From: a virus
DNA: 64,000 nt
IMG/VR virus record: IMGVR_UViG_3300025929_000015
Span: 35,377 to 99,376 of that record
Reading direction: 5' to 3' (one strand)
A program made the translations under genes and the position numbers. Positions 1 to 9,094 of this stretch are shown here, piece by piece; position 1 is the stretch's first letter, and every line of letters begins with the position of its first letter. The notes under the pieces are model-generated. The model saw only the letters and a list, made by a program, of their open reading frames with translations, was not told where the DNA came from and ran no database searches.

Positions 1-2
1 AC

Positions 3-344
3 AGCTTCGCCGTCGGCATGTCGGCTACGCACCAGATCAGTCACACGAAGGGCGGGGTGCTGTCGGCGCAGGGCCTGTGGTTCGAGGGCAGTACCAACTG
101 GTCGGCGTCGGGAGAGGGTACCGGCATCAAGCTCGACCCAAGGGCCGTTCCGGCGCCTGGTTTCCGGTCTCAGAACAATACACTGCTGGTCAGCGCTAAC
201 GCGGTCAACCTGATCCAGTTTTCCGACCGACTTGACGTGGAGCACTTGATCGCGATTCAGCAGCAGGCGGCGAGGGCGGCGAAAGAGGTCGCGGCGGCTA
301 AGTTACCGGCTACGATAGCACCACCGTGGTGCTATCGTAGTGTA
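3..344 (+). CDS. C-terminal part of a phospholipase D-like (HKD-family) protein, truncated by the window edge; no stop before the Arc-like gene
   Basis: Frame from base 3 reads SHTKGGVL...EGSTNWS...QNNTLLV, resembling the PLD HxK...GSxNW...NxE/T motif (the canonical D is not evident). Confidence 0.55.
310..340. promoter_or_regulatory. Perfect 15-bp inverted repeat (putative operator) overlapping a -10 box
   Basis: CTACGATAGCACCAC-C-GTGGTGCTATCGTAG; TATCGT at 333-338 lies 6 nt before the ATG at 345. Confidence 0.75.
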
Positions 345-587
345 ATGAGTGACGACGAAACGCGCATGACGCTCCGATTGCCTGCCCGCATGCGTGAGCA
401 GCTAGGGGCAACTGCTTCACAGAATCGCCGTAGTGTCCACGCTCAGGTGCTCATCTACATCGAGCTGGGCCTGGCTATCGGCGACACCCGCGTTGAGCTG
501 GAGCTGGCGGCATTGCACAATCCCGCGATCCGGGCAGCGGTGAAAGAAGCGAAGTCAGGCGGGGGAGCCGGTCCCCGCCCGCGATGA
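345..587 (+). CDS. Arc-like ribbon-helix-helix DNA-binding protein
   Basis: RMTLRLPARMREQLGATASQNRRSVHAQVLIYIE matches the Arc/Mnt pattern. Confidence 0.8.
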   Translation: MSDDETRMTLRLPARMREQLGATASQNRRSVHAQVLIYIELGLAIGDTRVELELAALHNPAIRAAVKEAKSGGGAGPRPR

Positions 588-1075
588 GCACGCCGGAAGC
601 TCGCAGGAGAGCCCAGCAAGCGTTCCACGCGCGGAACCCAGGGTACCGGGCTGCACTGATGAAGAGGTACCGGGAGCGTAATCCTGAGAAGGCGCGCGAA
701 TCTACCGCAAAGTATGCAGCCAAGCCGGAAGTGAAGGCGGCCAAAGCGATCCGGATGAAGGCGTGGCGTGGAGCCAATCCTGAACGATCACGCCAGTACG
801 TGCGGGATTATCAGCGACGCCGCCGGTCGACGGTGGTGGGTGACATCCGTGAAATCGAAGCATGGATGCGGGTACTCGAATGCGATCCCTGCGTGTACTG
901 CGGCGGCCCTGGCGGCGAGATTGATCACATCGTGGCCCTGGCCAGAGGCGGGAATCATTCTGTGGACAACCTGACGGGTGCGTGTAAGTCGTGTAATAGC
1001 AGTAAGCAGACGGCAGGACTCCTGCGCTTTATGCTCCGGCAGGCCCAGAATAATAAGCCCGCGGCCGCCACGTAA
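584..1075 (+). CDS. HNH endonuclease
   Basis: CVYCG...DHIVALARGG.HSVDNL..ACKSCNSSK. Confidence 0.92.
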   Translation: MSTPEARRRAQQAFHARNPGYRAALMKRYRERNPEKARESTAKYAAKPEVKAAKAIRMKAWRGANPERSRQYVRDYQRRRRSTVVGDIREIEAWMRVLECDPCVYCGGPGGEIDHIVALARGGNHSVDNLTGACKSCNSSKQTAGLLRFMLRQAQNNKPAAAT

Positions 1076-1128
1076 CGGCTGACTCCGCGCGCACCCGCGC
1101 GCACTTCCGCACCATCTCTGGAGGCCCC

Positions 1129-2028
1129 GTGCCCACGTTCACCGTCGACTACGAGCGGATCCCCGAGCTGCCCGGCGCGGGCCGGCTCGGCCGCCACTAC
1201 CACCGCGACTCGCGCGCCGCCGCCTACCGGCACCGGCGTACCGCCCGGTCCGTCGCCGACGTCGCGTGGTTCCGGCACACGCCGGTCCTGGATCAGGGCC
1301 AGCTCGGCAGCTGCACCGGAAATGCGGAGACGGGGGCGCTGGGCTGCGACCCGCTGTTCGGCGCGCTGCCCGCCGGGTACCCGGCGCTGGACGAGGCGCT
1401 GGCGGTCAGCATCTACTCCGACGCGGAGAAGATCGACGGCGGGGCCGGCTACCCGCCCGAGGACCAGGGGTCGTCTGGCCAGTCAGTGTGCAAGGTGGCG
1501 CAGAACCGGGGGCTGATCTCCGGCTACACCTGGTGCCAGGACCTGGCCGACATGCTGGACGCGCTGCAGGCGGGCCCGGTGATCATCGGCATCAACTGGT
1601 ATACCAGCTTCGACTCCCCGGACAGCGCCGGGATCGTCCAGCTGCCGCCCGGCGCGACCGTCCGCGGCGGCCACGAGGTCCTGGTCCGGCAGCTGGACAC
1701 GGCCGGGAAGCTGATCTGGTGCGACAACTCGTGGGGGCCGTCGTTCGGGCTGGCGGGCCGGTTCGCGCTGCCGTACGCGGTGATGACCCGGCTGTTCGCC
1801 GAGCAGGGCGACTGCGCGGCCCCCCAGCCCGCCTCCGCCCCGGCCCCCGTCCCCGTCCCGGTGCCCGTCCCGGTGCCGGTTCCGGTACCGGGCCCGCACA
1901 TCGACGACGCGGACCGGGCGCTCGCCGGGGCGATCCCCGCCGGCTGGCTGACCGGGTCGCACACCGGCGGCAACAAGCGCGTCGCCGCCGCGGTCCGCAC
2001 CTGGGAACGGGCCAAGGGGCTCCTGTAA
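1129..2028 (+). CDS. Papain-like (C1) cysteine peptidase with a Pro/Val linker and small C-terminal domain
   Basis: DQGQLGSCTG (catalytic Cys), GGHEV (His), DNSWG (Asn). Confidence 0.85.
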   Translation: MPTFTVDYERIPELPGAGRLGRHYHRDSRAAAYRHRRTARSVADVAWFRHTPVLDQGQLGSCTGNAETGALGCDPLFGALPAGYPALDEALAVSIYSDAEKIDGGAGYPPEDQGSSGQSVCKVAQNRGLISGYTWCQDLADMLDALQAGPVIIGINWYTSFDSPDSAGIVQLPPGATVRGGHEVLVRQLDTAGKLIWCDNSWGPSFGLAGRFALPYAVMTRLFAEQGDCAAPQPASAPAPVPVPVPVPVPVPVPGPHIDDADRALAGAIPAGWLTGSHTGGNKRVAAAVRTWERAKGLL

Positions 2029-2212
2029 ATCCGGCCCGCCCCCGGCTGAATCACCGGCCGGGCGGTGGGATTCCTGGTCACGCCGTCACGGTGATGAACT
2101 CGTTACTTTCGCCGTGAATCACCGGGCGCGCAAAGAATCGGGGTGATTCACGCGGCGGGACGCCGATCAGGTCTACTGTCCGTCTGGTACCCAACCAGAC
2201 AAGGACAGCACA

Positions 2213-3142
2213 ATGAGATACACGCGATGGCCGGCCCTGCTGGCTGTCACTACCTCGGGCCTGCTGGCGTCCGCCCTGGCGGTCCCCTCCCCCGCGCACG
2301 CGCAGGTAAACACGCCGGTGACGGTCGCCACTGCGGTCGCGACCGACCCGGGCCTGCTGCCGGTGACGGCAGCGCTTGGTACGCTGACCGCAGCGGAGCC
2401 GGGACGTACCTCCGGCACGGCATCCACCCGGCAGGCCCCGGCTCCGCGGTCCTGGACCGTGCGGCCCGGTCAGACCCTGTCCGCGATCGCCGCCGCCGCG
2501 TACGGGAACGCGCAGCTATGGCCTGCCCTGTGGTGGGTGAACAAGGCGGCGGTGAAGAACCCGGACCTGATCCTGGCGGGCCAGGTGCTGCACCTGTCCG
2601 CGTGGCACCCGCAGGCCGCGTGGCTGTACCGGGCGGGCAAGGCCGCCGACGGCCCGCCCGGTGCGGGCCGCCAGGCGGTCCACCGGGCCATCCGGCGCGC
2701 GGTCCGGACCGGCGACGGCCGGATCTGGGGCGTCACCTACGGGTACCCCAACTACTGCGGCGACGGCGACGGGGACGGCTGGGACGTGTCCTGCGGCCGC
2801 GCCGCCGCCCGGCATGCTGCCGGTGGCGCTGTAGCGCGCCCTGCGCGGCGCGCCGCCGTGACCTATGCCGGGTCCGGGGTCTACTCCTACGGGGCGCTGG
2901 AGGCGCTGTGGATCTCCGCCGGGGGGCCTGCCTGGGCAGCGTCCGCCGCGGCGGCCGTCGCCGAGTGCGAATCCGGCGGGCGGGTTGACGCCCACAACCC
3001 CTCGGGGGCGACCGGGCTGTGGCAGATCCTGGGCTCGGTTGTAGCCGGGAACCTGGACAACCCGTACGTCAACGCGCTCAACGCCGTGGCCAAGTTCAAG
3101 GCCAGCGGTGACTCCTGGGCGCAATGGGTCTGCAAGCCGTGA
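2213..3142 (+). CDS. Secreted LysM + lytic transglycosylase (Rpf/SLT-like) protein
   Basis: Signal peptide ending AHA; LysM WTVRPGQTLSAIA...NPDLILAGQVL; AECESGG...NPSGATGLWQI. Confidence 0.85.
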   Translation: MRYTRWPALLAVTTSGLLASALAVPSPAHAQVNTPVTVATAVATDPGLLPVTAALGTLTAAEPGRTSGTASTRQAPAPRSWTVRPGQTLSAIAAAAYGNAQLWPALWWVNKAAVKNPDLILAGQVLHLSAWHPQAAWLYRAGKAADGPPGAGRQAVHRAIRRAVRTGDGRIWGVTYGYPNYCGDGDGDGWDVSCGRAAARHAAGGAVARPARRAAVTYAGSGVYSYGALEALWISAGGPAWAASAAAAVAECESGGRVDAHNPSGATGLWQILGSVVAGNLDNPYVNALNAVAKFKASGDSWAQWVCKP

Positions 3143-3591
3143 GGGCCCGCGTGCTGCCCGTGCTGGGCGTGCTGGCGTGCTTCGTGATCGCGCTGCTCGC
3201 CGTCACTGCGCGGCCGGCGGCCGCGTCAGAGTCGCTGGGCAACCGGATGCTGGACTGGGCCGAGGCCCACGCCTACGGGCACTGGTACGGCTGGGGCGGC
3301 ACCGGACCGGCCGTCTTCGACTGCTCGGGACTGGTCTTCGCGGCCGCCCGGGCAGATGGGGTCGCCCTGCCGCGGACCACGTACGGCATGCTGGCCGGCT
3401 CCTCTCACCTGTACCGCATCCCCCTGTCGCAGGCGCGGCGGGGGGATCTCCTTTTTTACGGGTCCGGCCACGTCGAGTTCGACACCGCCTGGTACCACAC
3501 CAGCTTCGGCGCGCACGCCAGCGGCCAGCGGGTGGGGTGGATCCAGTGGTCGTCCGGGTGGGCGCCGACGATGGCGATGCGGCTCCGCTAG
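3139..3591 (+). CDS. Secreted NlpC/P60 cell-wall peptidase
   Basis: Signal peptide; YGWGGTGP..FDCSGLV...GDLLFYGSGHV; GTGA overlap with the upstream stop. Confidence 0.9.
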   Translation: MRARVLPVLGVLACFVIALLAVTARPAAASESLGNRMLDWAEAHAYGHWYGWGGTGPAVFDCSGLVFAAARADGVALPRTTYGMLAGSSHLYRIPLSQARRGDLLFYGSGHVEFDTAWYHTSFGAHASGQRVGWIQWSSGWAPTMAMRLR

Positions 3592-3604
3592 CGAAAGGAT
3601 CACC

Positions 3605-4879
3605 ATGACCAAGTTCCGCGCCGCGGCGATCATCGCGGCGATCACGCTGCTCGCGCCGGCCGGCGCGGCGGCCATAACGGGCCCCGCCCTGGCGGGCGCC
3701 CCGTACTCGTGCGACACCACGTCCCTGTCCGGGTCGTGCGGACCCTACACGTCCAACCCGGCCGTCCAGCTGGGCACCGCCGAGACGGCTAACGTCGTGC
3801 AGGACGCCTGGAACGCCGGGTACTCCGGCGGCACGATCAACAGCCAGGAGCTGCTGGCCAACAGCACTTCGGACTGGCAGATCAAGGCGAACGTGACTGG
3901 CGACGGGGCCGTCATGACCGGGCCGGAGGCCCAGGTCACCCCGGAGAACTGGACCGGTACCACTAACCTGCCGGTGCCGGTCGCGGACTACAGCTCCATC
4001 GCCAGCAGCTGGGACATCTCGATGCCCAGCCCGGGCGCGAGCGACGACTACGAGGCCGCCTACGACATCTGGCTGGCCGATGCTACCCAGCGGCAGTGGA
4101 CCAATGACCAGGAGATCATGGTCTGGACGGACAACCACGGCCAGCAGCCGGCCGGCACCGACACCGGGAAGACCTGGACGGATGCCTCCACCGGCGCCGT
4201 CTACGAGATCTGGGTCCGCACCGGCACGTCCACGCTCGGACCTGATTCCACCGTGTCGTTCGCGGCGAAGGCCAACAGCGTCACCGGCAGTGTGGACCTG
4301 CTCGCCCTGTTCAGGTTCCTGCAGGCCAACGGCTACTCCACCGGGTCCGTGGGCATCGACCAGGTCAACTTCGGTTTCGAGCTGTGCAACACCAGCGGGC
4401 AGGCCGAGGACTTCACGGTCAATAACTTCACGCTCACCGCGGCCGGTGACGGGCTGAACGGCGCCCCGGGCGGCGGCACCGGCGGAGGTGGCGGAGGTGG
4501 CGGCGGAGGCGGCGGCTCTGCGCAGGCCCCGGTGGTCACCACGGGCGCTGCCAGCGGGGTGACCAGCTCGGCGGCGACGCTGGCCGGGTCGGTCAACCCG
4601 GAGGGCGCGGATACGTCCTACCGGTTCGACTACGGGACCACCAGCTCCTACGGCAGCTCCACCGCAGCCGTCGATGCGGGCAGCGGCACCGCCGCGGTGG
4701 CGGTGTCCGCGAAACTGGCCGGACTGCTCCCGTCCGCCACCTACCACTACCGGCTGGAGGCCACCAGCGCGAACGGGACCAGCGACGGCGCGGACCGGGT
4801 GTTCACCACGGCCCGCAAGCACCGGCACGCGGCCCGGGCCCGGGTGCGCCCGGCGGGTCCGCCGTGGTTCCGCTGGTAA
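3605..4879 (+). CDS. Secreted GH12 endoglucanase with Gly linker and FN3-like domain
   Basis: Signal peptide; YEAAYDIW, QEIMVW, NFGFELC motifs; poly-Gly linker; LLPSATYHYRL FN3-like motif. Confidence 0.82.
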   Translation: MTKFRAAAIIAAITLLAPAGAAAITGPALAGAPYSCDTTSLSGSCGPYTSNPAVQLGTAETANVVQDAWNAGYSGGTINSQELLANSTSDWQIKANVTGDGAVMTGPEAQVTPENWTGTTNLPVPVADYSSIASSWDISMPSPGASDDYEAAYDIWLADATQRQWTNDQEIMVWTDNHGQQPAGTDTGKTWTDASTGAVYEIWVRTGTSTLGPDSTVSFAAKANSVTGSVDLLALFRFLQANGYSTGSVGIDQVNFGFELCNTSGQAEDFTVNNFTLTAAGDGLNGAPGGGTGGGGGGGGGGGGSAQAPVVTTGAASGVTSSAATLAGSVNPEGADTSYRFDYGTTSSYGSSTAAVDAGSGTAAVAVSAKLAGLLPSATYHYRLEATSANGTSDGADRVFTTARKHRHAARARVRPAGPPWFRW

Positions 4880-4946
4880 CCTGGAGCTGACACAATCAGC
4901 GTCCGGTTTGCCGGGCCTGGTGTGACGTTTCAGGTGATGACAGCCA

Positions 4947-4985
4947 GCACAGCCCCGGGCACCCGTCCATTGCCCGGGGCTGTGC
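4947..4985. terminator. Hairpin between convergent genes
   Basis: GCACAGCCCCGGGCA / TGCCCGGGGCTGTGC 15-bp stem. Confidence 0.7.
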
Positions 4986-5048
4986 CATCCGGGGCCGGCC
5001 GCCGGCACTATGGGCCGGTTCCCCGGCCGTAGCCATTCTGGGCCGGCC

Positions 5049-5222
5049 TCACCGACGGGGCGGGCGGGCTTTCTCCTGGAACTCGACCCGGTCGACGCGA
5101 CGCTGGGGGGCGGGCGACAGCCAGGTCTGCATCGCCACTTCCAGGTCGACCCACTCGCCCTTGACCCCGTCGTCGTAGACGAACCGGACCTCGATCCGGC
5201 TGGCGGGCAGGCTCATGGCCAT
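5049..5222 (-). CDS. Small hypothetical protein
   Basis: TGATG coupling with the GH5 stop; GC3-biased codons. Confidence 0.55.
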   Translation of the reverse strand: MAMSLPASRIEVRFVYDDGVKGEWVDLEVAMQTWLSPAPQRRVDRVEFQEKARPPRR

Positions 5223-6334
5223 CAGATGATGTCCTGGAGCAGCGCGATCATCTCGGCGTTGGTGCCTTTCCAGTCCTGGCCGCACATCAGCCCGAATCCT
5301 TCCCGGTTCCCGTCCGGGGCCTTGAGCACGCCGGTGCCGGGCTCGGTGCCGCGGACCGTCTGGGCGGACAGCGACCACCAGCACCAGCTGACCCCGCGGG
5401 CGCCGGCCCAGGCCAGGAAGTTCGCCATCCAGCCGCTGGTCATCGCCGCGCGGCTGGCCAGGTCCTGGCCGAACTCCCCGACCCAGACCGGCGCGGTCCC
5501 GGACAGCCGCAGGTAGCCGCCCTGGCGGTCCATCTGGTCGAAGTAGGCGGACGTCGCCTGCCCGCCCGGGTGGAACCAGGAGTAGTCGTGCAGGGACGCG
5601 ACCACCCCGGGACCGGTGACCGGGTGCGCGGCCCAGCCGGTCAGGTCGGTGGCGTAGGACAGGCCCTCGCAGAACACCAGGCAGCCGGGGGCGGTGAACC
5701 GGATCCGGTCGGCGGTGGCCTGGTACATCCGCCGGAAGTCGGTGGCGGGGTTGCCGTCTCCCCAGGTCGGGTGCACGGTGACCCCGCCGATCACCGCGCT
5801 GCGCGGCTCGTTGCGCAGGTCGTAGCCGACCCGCGGGTTGGCGCCGAACGCGGCGGCGACCGTGTCCCAGCAGGCGGTGAACACCGCGGCGGGCCAGTTG
5901 TCGTTATGCCACAAGCCGTTGACGTCGGCGTCGCTGCAGCACCAGCCCGGGTAGGACAGGTGGTTGTTGACGATGACGTACAGCCCGGCGGCGGTCATGT
6001 CGGCGACCAGCGCCTGCATCAGCTGCCACGGGGTCAGCCCGGCCAGGTCGGGGTTGGCCGCGACGCGGGCCAGCGGGACCGGGCTGGTGAACGGGGTGCC
6101 GTCGCGGTTGAGCAGGGTGCCGGTGGCGAACGGGAACCGGACGTGATTCATCCCCCAGCTCACGATCCGGCCGATGATCTCACTGCGCGGCAGCTTGTCC
6201 AGGCCCGCGGCGACACGGTTGTCCTGGTGCGCGCCGGGCCAGTTCACTCCGCACAGCCGGTACGGCTGCCCGTCGGCGCCGGTGATGGCGGCGCCGGAGA
6301 CGGCCAGCGGGAACGCGCTCGCGGGGATGATCAT
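5222..6334 (-). CDS. GH5 glycoside hydrolase (endoglucanase-like), no signal peptide
   Basis: GVNWPG, NHVRFPF, GYDLRNEP (acid/base), SLHDY, WVGEFG (nucleophile). Confidence 0.92.
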   Translation of the reverse strand: MIIPASAFPLAVSGAAITGADGQPYRLCGVNWPGAHQDNRVAAGLDKLPRSEIIGRIVSWGMNHVRFPFATGTLLNRDGTPFTSPVPLARVAANPDLAGLTPWQLMQALVADMTAAGLYVIVNNHLSYPGWCCSDADVNGLWHNDNWPAAVFTACWDTVAAAFGANPRVGYDLRNEPRSAVIGGVTVHPTWGDGNPATDFRRMYQATADRIRFTAPGCLVFCEGLSYATDLTGWAAHPVTGPGVVASLHDYSWFHPGGQATSAYFDQMDRQGGYLRLSGTAPVWVGEFGQDLASRAAMTSGWMANFLAWAGARGVSWCWWSLSAQTVRGTEPGTGVLKAPDGNREGFGLMCGQDWKGTNAEMIALLQDII

Positions 6335-6399
6335 GACTCCTCCGTCTGCGCCGCCAGCCGCCGGGAGACGCCGCACGGCCCGGCGGCTGCCGGCTCGCT

Positions 6400-6426
6400 T
6401 ATCGTATCACGCTGTCCAAGTGTCAC
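6400..6426 (-). promoter_or_regulatory. Putative promoter for the GH5 gene
   Basis: Minus strand TGATACGAT extended -10 at 6401-6409. Confidence 0.45.
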
Positions 6427-6569
6427 TGCACGATCCTCGCGCCGCACCGGCGGCACCGCCACACCTCGTAGGTGACCCCGCTCTTGGTCACCGTGCCGAC
6501 TTTGGCCAGCTTCCTGCGCGGGTGCGGGCATTCTTCCTGCGCGGGCGGGGGCTTTTTCTTCTTCGGCAT
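6423..6569 (-). CDS. 48-aa basic zinc-finger microprotein
   Basis: Manual translation MPKKKKPPPAQEECPHP...WRCRRCGARIVQ. Confidence 0.65.
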   Translation of the reverse strand: MPKKKKPPPAQEECPHPRRKLAKVGTVTKSGVTYEVWRCRRCGARIVQ

Positions 6570-6582
6570 CAGCGTTCCTGCG

Positions 6583-7104
6583 CTAGGGGATGCGGACCAA
6601 GGTGGCGGTGCCGCAGCCGCCGCGGACCGGCGCGGTGATCGCGGTGACCGAACCGGTCAGGCTGCTGTACCGCACGCAGATGGTGAAGCTGCGCACCGGG
6701 CCGGGCGGGCCGGTGCGGCCGGGTGCCCCGGCCGGGCCGGGCAGCCCGCGCGCGACCAGCCCGCCGTTCGCGGCGGCCAGCAGGCCCGCGACCGCGCCGG
6801 CCAGCAGCAGTGTCACCACGACCAGCGCGGTCACCGCGACCGTGGCGTAAGAGTTCCGCGGTGGCAGCCGGTAGCGCGGCTCGTCGTCGTCGTCATAGGC
6901 GGCGGGCAGCAGGGCGTGCAGCCCGGACGGGGGAGTGGTGTCCATGGCGACCGTGTTCTCGGCAGGGGGGTCTTTCTTCATCCGGTCCAGGATGCGGACC
7001 ACGGTGGCCTGGCTGGTCTGGACTTCCCCGGCGATCCGCCGGGTGGACCAGCCCAAGCGATGGTAAGACCAGACCAGGCCGTCAATGGGTGTCGGTGATG
7101 TCAC
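6583..7104 (-). CDS. HTH + transmembrane + short collagen-like protein
   Basis: GWSTRRIAGEVQTSQATVVRIL HTH; hydrophobic segment; GxP repeats. Confidence 0.65.
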   Translation of the reverse strand: MTSPTPIDGLVWSYHRLGWSTRRIAGEVQTSQATVVRILDRMKKDPPAENTVAMDTTPPSGLHALLPAAYDDDDEPRYRLPPRNSYATVAVTALVVVTLLLAGAVAGLLAAANGGLVARGLPGPAGAPGRTGPPGPVRSFTICVRYSSLTGSVTAITAPVRGGCGTATLVRIP

Positions 7105-7106
7105 GT

Positions 7107-7592
7107 TCAGCCTCCGGGCTGATCGTCCCCCGCGAGGCCGGGCGCGCCGCTAGCTCCATGGTGTCCGTCATCGCCTTGGGCGCGCCCGGCCCCGGTATCG
7201 GCGTAGAGGTCCTCCACGCCGATCATGGCCCGGCCGCGCCGGGTCAGCTCCGTATTGAGGGTATCGATGAGGATCCGCAAGGTGGAGATCTTGGGGCGGA
7301 GCCGGTCCCCGTTCTCGATCTTGGCGATGGCGTCGCGGGAGATCCCGACGTGCCGGGGGAGCGCCACGCCCGCGTCGTGCAGCGTGGCGGTCAGCTGGGC
7401 TTCGCTCATCGTGGCGGAGCCGCCGATGTCGTTGGCGGCGGCGAGCTGGCGCAGCTCGGTGAGGCGGGTGAGCGCGGACAGGTCGATGCGCTCGAGCAGG
7501 GCCGCCTCACGCAGCGCCTTCAGCTTGTGCCGGTCGATGGCGATGCCGATGCCGGGCCGCCGGACGGGGGGTGCGGGGGGGGAGCGCTTCAT
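7107..7592 (-). CDS. XRE-family HTH regulator with an internal insertion
   Basis: KLKALREAA...GISRDAIAKIENGDR.RPKISTLRIL. Confidence 0.75.
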   Translation of the reverse strand: MKRSPPAPPVRRPGIGIAIDRHKLKALREAALLERIDLSALTRLTELRQLAAANDIGGSATMSEAQLTATLHDAGVALPRHVGISRDAIAKIENGDRLRPKISTLRILIDTLNTELTRRGRAMIGVEDLYADTGAGRAQGDDGHHGASGAPGLAGDDQPGG

Positions 7593-7694
7593 AGAAGTCC
7601 ATGATACCGAATAGGACGGCATGAGCACCCGCCAGTGCAGTTGCCACCGTCTCAGACGCAGTGATACACTAAAAGCTCCTCTGTTCCAGGAGGG

Positions 7695-7961
7695 ATGATG
7701 AGCACCCTGACCCTGACCCCCATGCTGAAGTTCCGCGTGCAGGTGGCGCTGCGCCAGAAGCGGATCCGCCGCGCCGACTACACGTCCGCCATGCTCGCCT
7801 TCACCCTGACCGACGGGACCGTGCTGAAACTGACCAGCGAACCCGAGGTCCTCATCGCGCTGCGCTGCCTGACCTCCGCCGCCCACGCGGGCATGACCCC
7901 GTTCGAGGCCCGCGCGGCCGAGCGGTCCGCCACCGCCGAGGCCGGCCCGGCGGCGACATGA
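7695..7961 (+). CDS. Hypothetical protein
   Basis: RBS GGAGG; upstream TTGCCA...TACACT promoter. Confidence 0.65.
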   Translation: MMSTLTLTPMLKFRVQVALRQKRIRRADYTSAMLAFTLTDGTVLKLTSEPEVLIALRCLTSAAHAGMTPFEARAAERSATAEAGPAAT

Positions 7962-8206
7962 CCGCGCCGAAGACGCCGCCCCCGCCCAGCATGCCCACGG
8001 AATCTCCCAAAGTTCCTACGGCGGGGGCGGGCGGGCCGCGGCTGCCCACGTTCGGCAAGCTGCCCCGCCCGTTCGAGCCGAACCTGACCGCGGCGCACGC
8101 CCCGGCGCACTGCCTGTGCACCTGGACCTGGACCCCGGCGCTCGGCGGGCCGGACCGGCCGTTCGCGATGAAGTTCAGGAACAGGGCCTGCCCGGTCCGG
8201 CACTAG
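7958..8206 (+). CDS. Hypothetical protein (Cys/His motif)
   Basis: ATGA overlap; HCLCTW...CPVRH. Confidence 0.55.
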   Translation: MTAPKTPPPPSMPTESPKVPTAGAGGPRLPTFGKLPRPFEPNLTAAHAPAHCLCTWTWTPALGGPDRPFAMKFRNRACPVRH

Positions 8207-8355
8207 CTGGGGAACCGGCGGGTGACGTGTCCTTCCCCGCCGCATTCGGTGCACCGGGCCTTGACCCCCCATTTGGTGGGATGCGGCACCCACCCTCTAT
8301 CGCACCGGGCCGGGCAGCGGATCACCCGGGTCACGCCCTTTTTCGCCCTGGCCAT
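8203..8355 (-). CDS. 50-aa zinc-finger microprotein, probably leaderless
   Basis: MARAKKG...CPARCDRG...CTECGGEG; TACACT 5 nt upstream of the ATG. Confidence 0.65.
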   Translation of the reverse strand: MARAKKGVTRVIRCPARCDRGWVPHPTKWGVKARCTECGGEGHVTRRFPS

Positions 8356-8366
8356 CCCTCAGTGTA

Positions 8367-8684
8367 TCATGGCGTATCTGGCTGCCAGATCTCGACGCTG
8401 CCGTCCTCCCGCAGCAAGATGGGCCCGGCCGGCCACACCGCATGCTGGACCGGGACCAGCGCCGGGTCGGCGGAGCGCAGCACCACCCAGCCCTGCGCGC
8501 CGGCCTGCTCCGGGTGGGCGTGGCACCAGCGGTGGCAGGACGCGCACAGCGTCACCCGGTTCGCCGCCGACTCATCACTGCCGCCCGACCGCGGCATCCG
8601 GTGGTGGATGTGCAGGTCCGCGGTGCTGGCACAGCGGGCGCACTTGAACCCGTCCCGTTCCCGGATTTCCGCGTCGGTCAGCAT
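8367..8684 (-). CDS. HNH endonuclease
   Basis: ERDGFKCARC...HIHHRMPRSGG...NRVTLCASCHRWCH. Confidence 0.9.
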   Translation of the reverse strand: MLTDAEIRERDGFKCARCASTADLHIHHRMPRSGGSDESAANRVTLCASCHRWCHAHPEQAGAQGWVVLRSADPALVPVQHAVWPAGPILLREDGSVEIWQPDTP

Positions 8685-9094
8685 TCCGCGCTACCGCCGG
8701 ATCCCGCCCGCAGGACCCTGGCCCGCGCCTTGGCGAACGCAGCCGACACAACCTCCCATGTCCGGTCCGTGTCCTTCGTCAGGTGCTGGATGGCGCAGAT
8801 CCCGGCCGACACGGTGTCGCCCAGCTCGCCGAGCAGCTCGTCCAGCGTGCCGCAGGCGCCCTTGCGGAGGTTCTCCCCGGTGTACTTGCTGAGGGCAGCC
8901 CAGACCTCTCCGGATTCCTCGCAGACCTTCGTGACCCTCGCCCAGTCTGCGGCGAGCGGCTGAGCCAGGAACTCCGGTGCGGCGTTCGCGTCAAGGTGCG
9001 CATCCACGATCTCGGCGACCTCGAGCAGGCCGGCCAGCGTCATGGCGGCGGTCTCGGTGGCGCTCACTAGTTCGTTCCCTCCTGGAGTCAGCAC
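8678..9094 (-). CDS. MazG-like nucleotide pyrophosphohydrolase
   Basis: KVCEESGEV...GENLRK...ELLGELGD. Confidence 0.75.
   Translation of the reverse strand: MLTPGGNELVSATETAAMTLAGLLEVAEIVDAHLDANAAPEFLAQPLAADWARVTKVCEESGEVWAALSKYTGENLRKGACGTLDELLGELGDTVSAGICAIQHLTKDTDRTWEVVSAAFAKARARVLRAGSGGSAEC

Noticed and set aside
1835-1895. Tandem DNA repeats (also 4470-4516)
   Set aside because: They encode Pro-Val and poly-Gly linkers
2029-2212. c-di-AMP (ydaO) riboswitch
   Set aside because: GCTGAATC and GGGGTGA are present, but the GGGGACC and CCCG.CAGCT.AC core segments are missing
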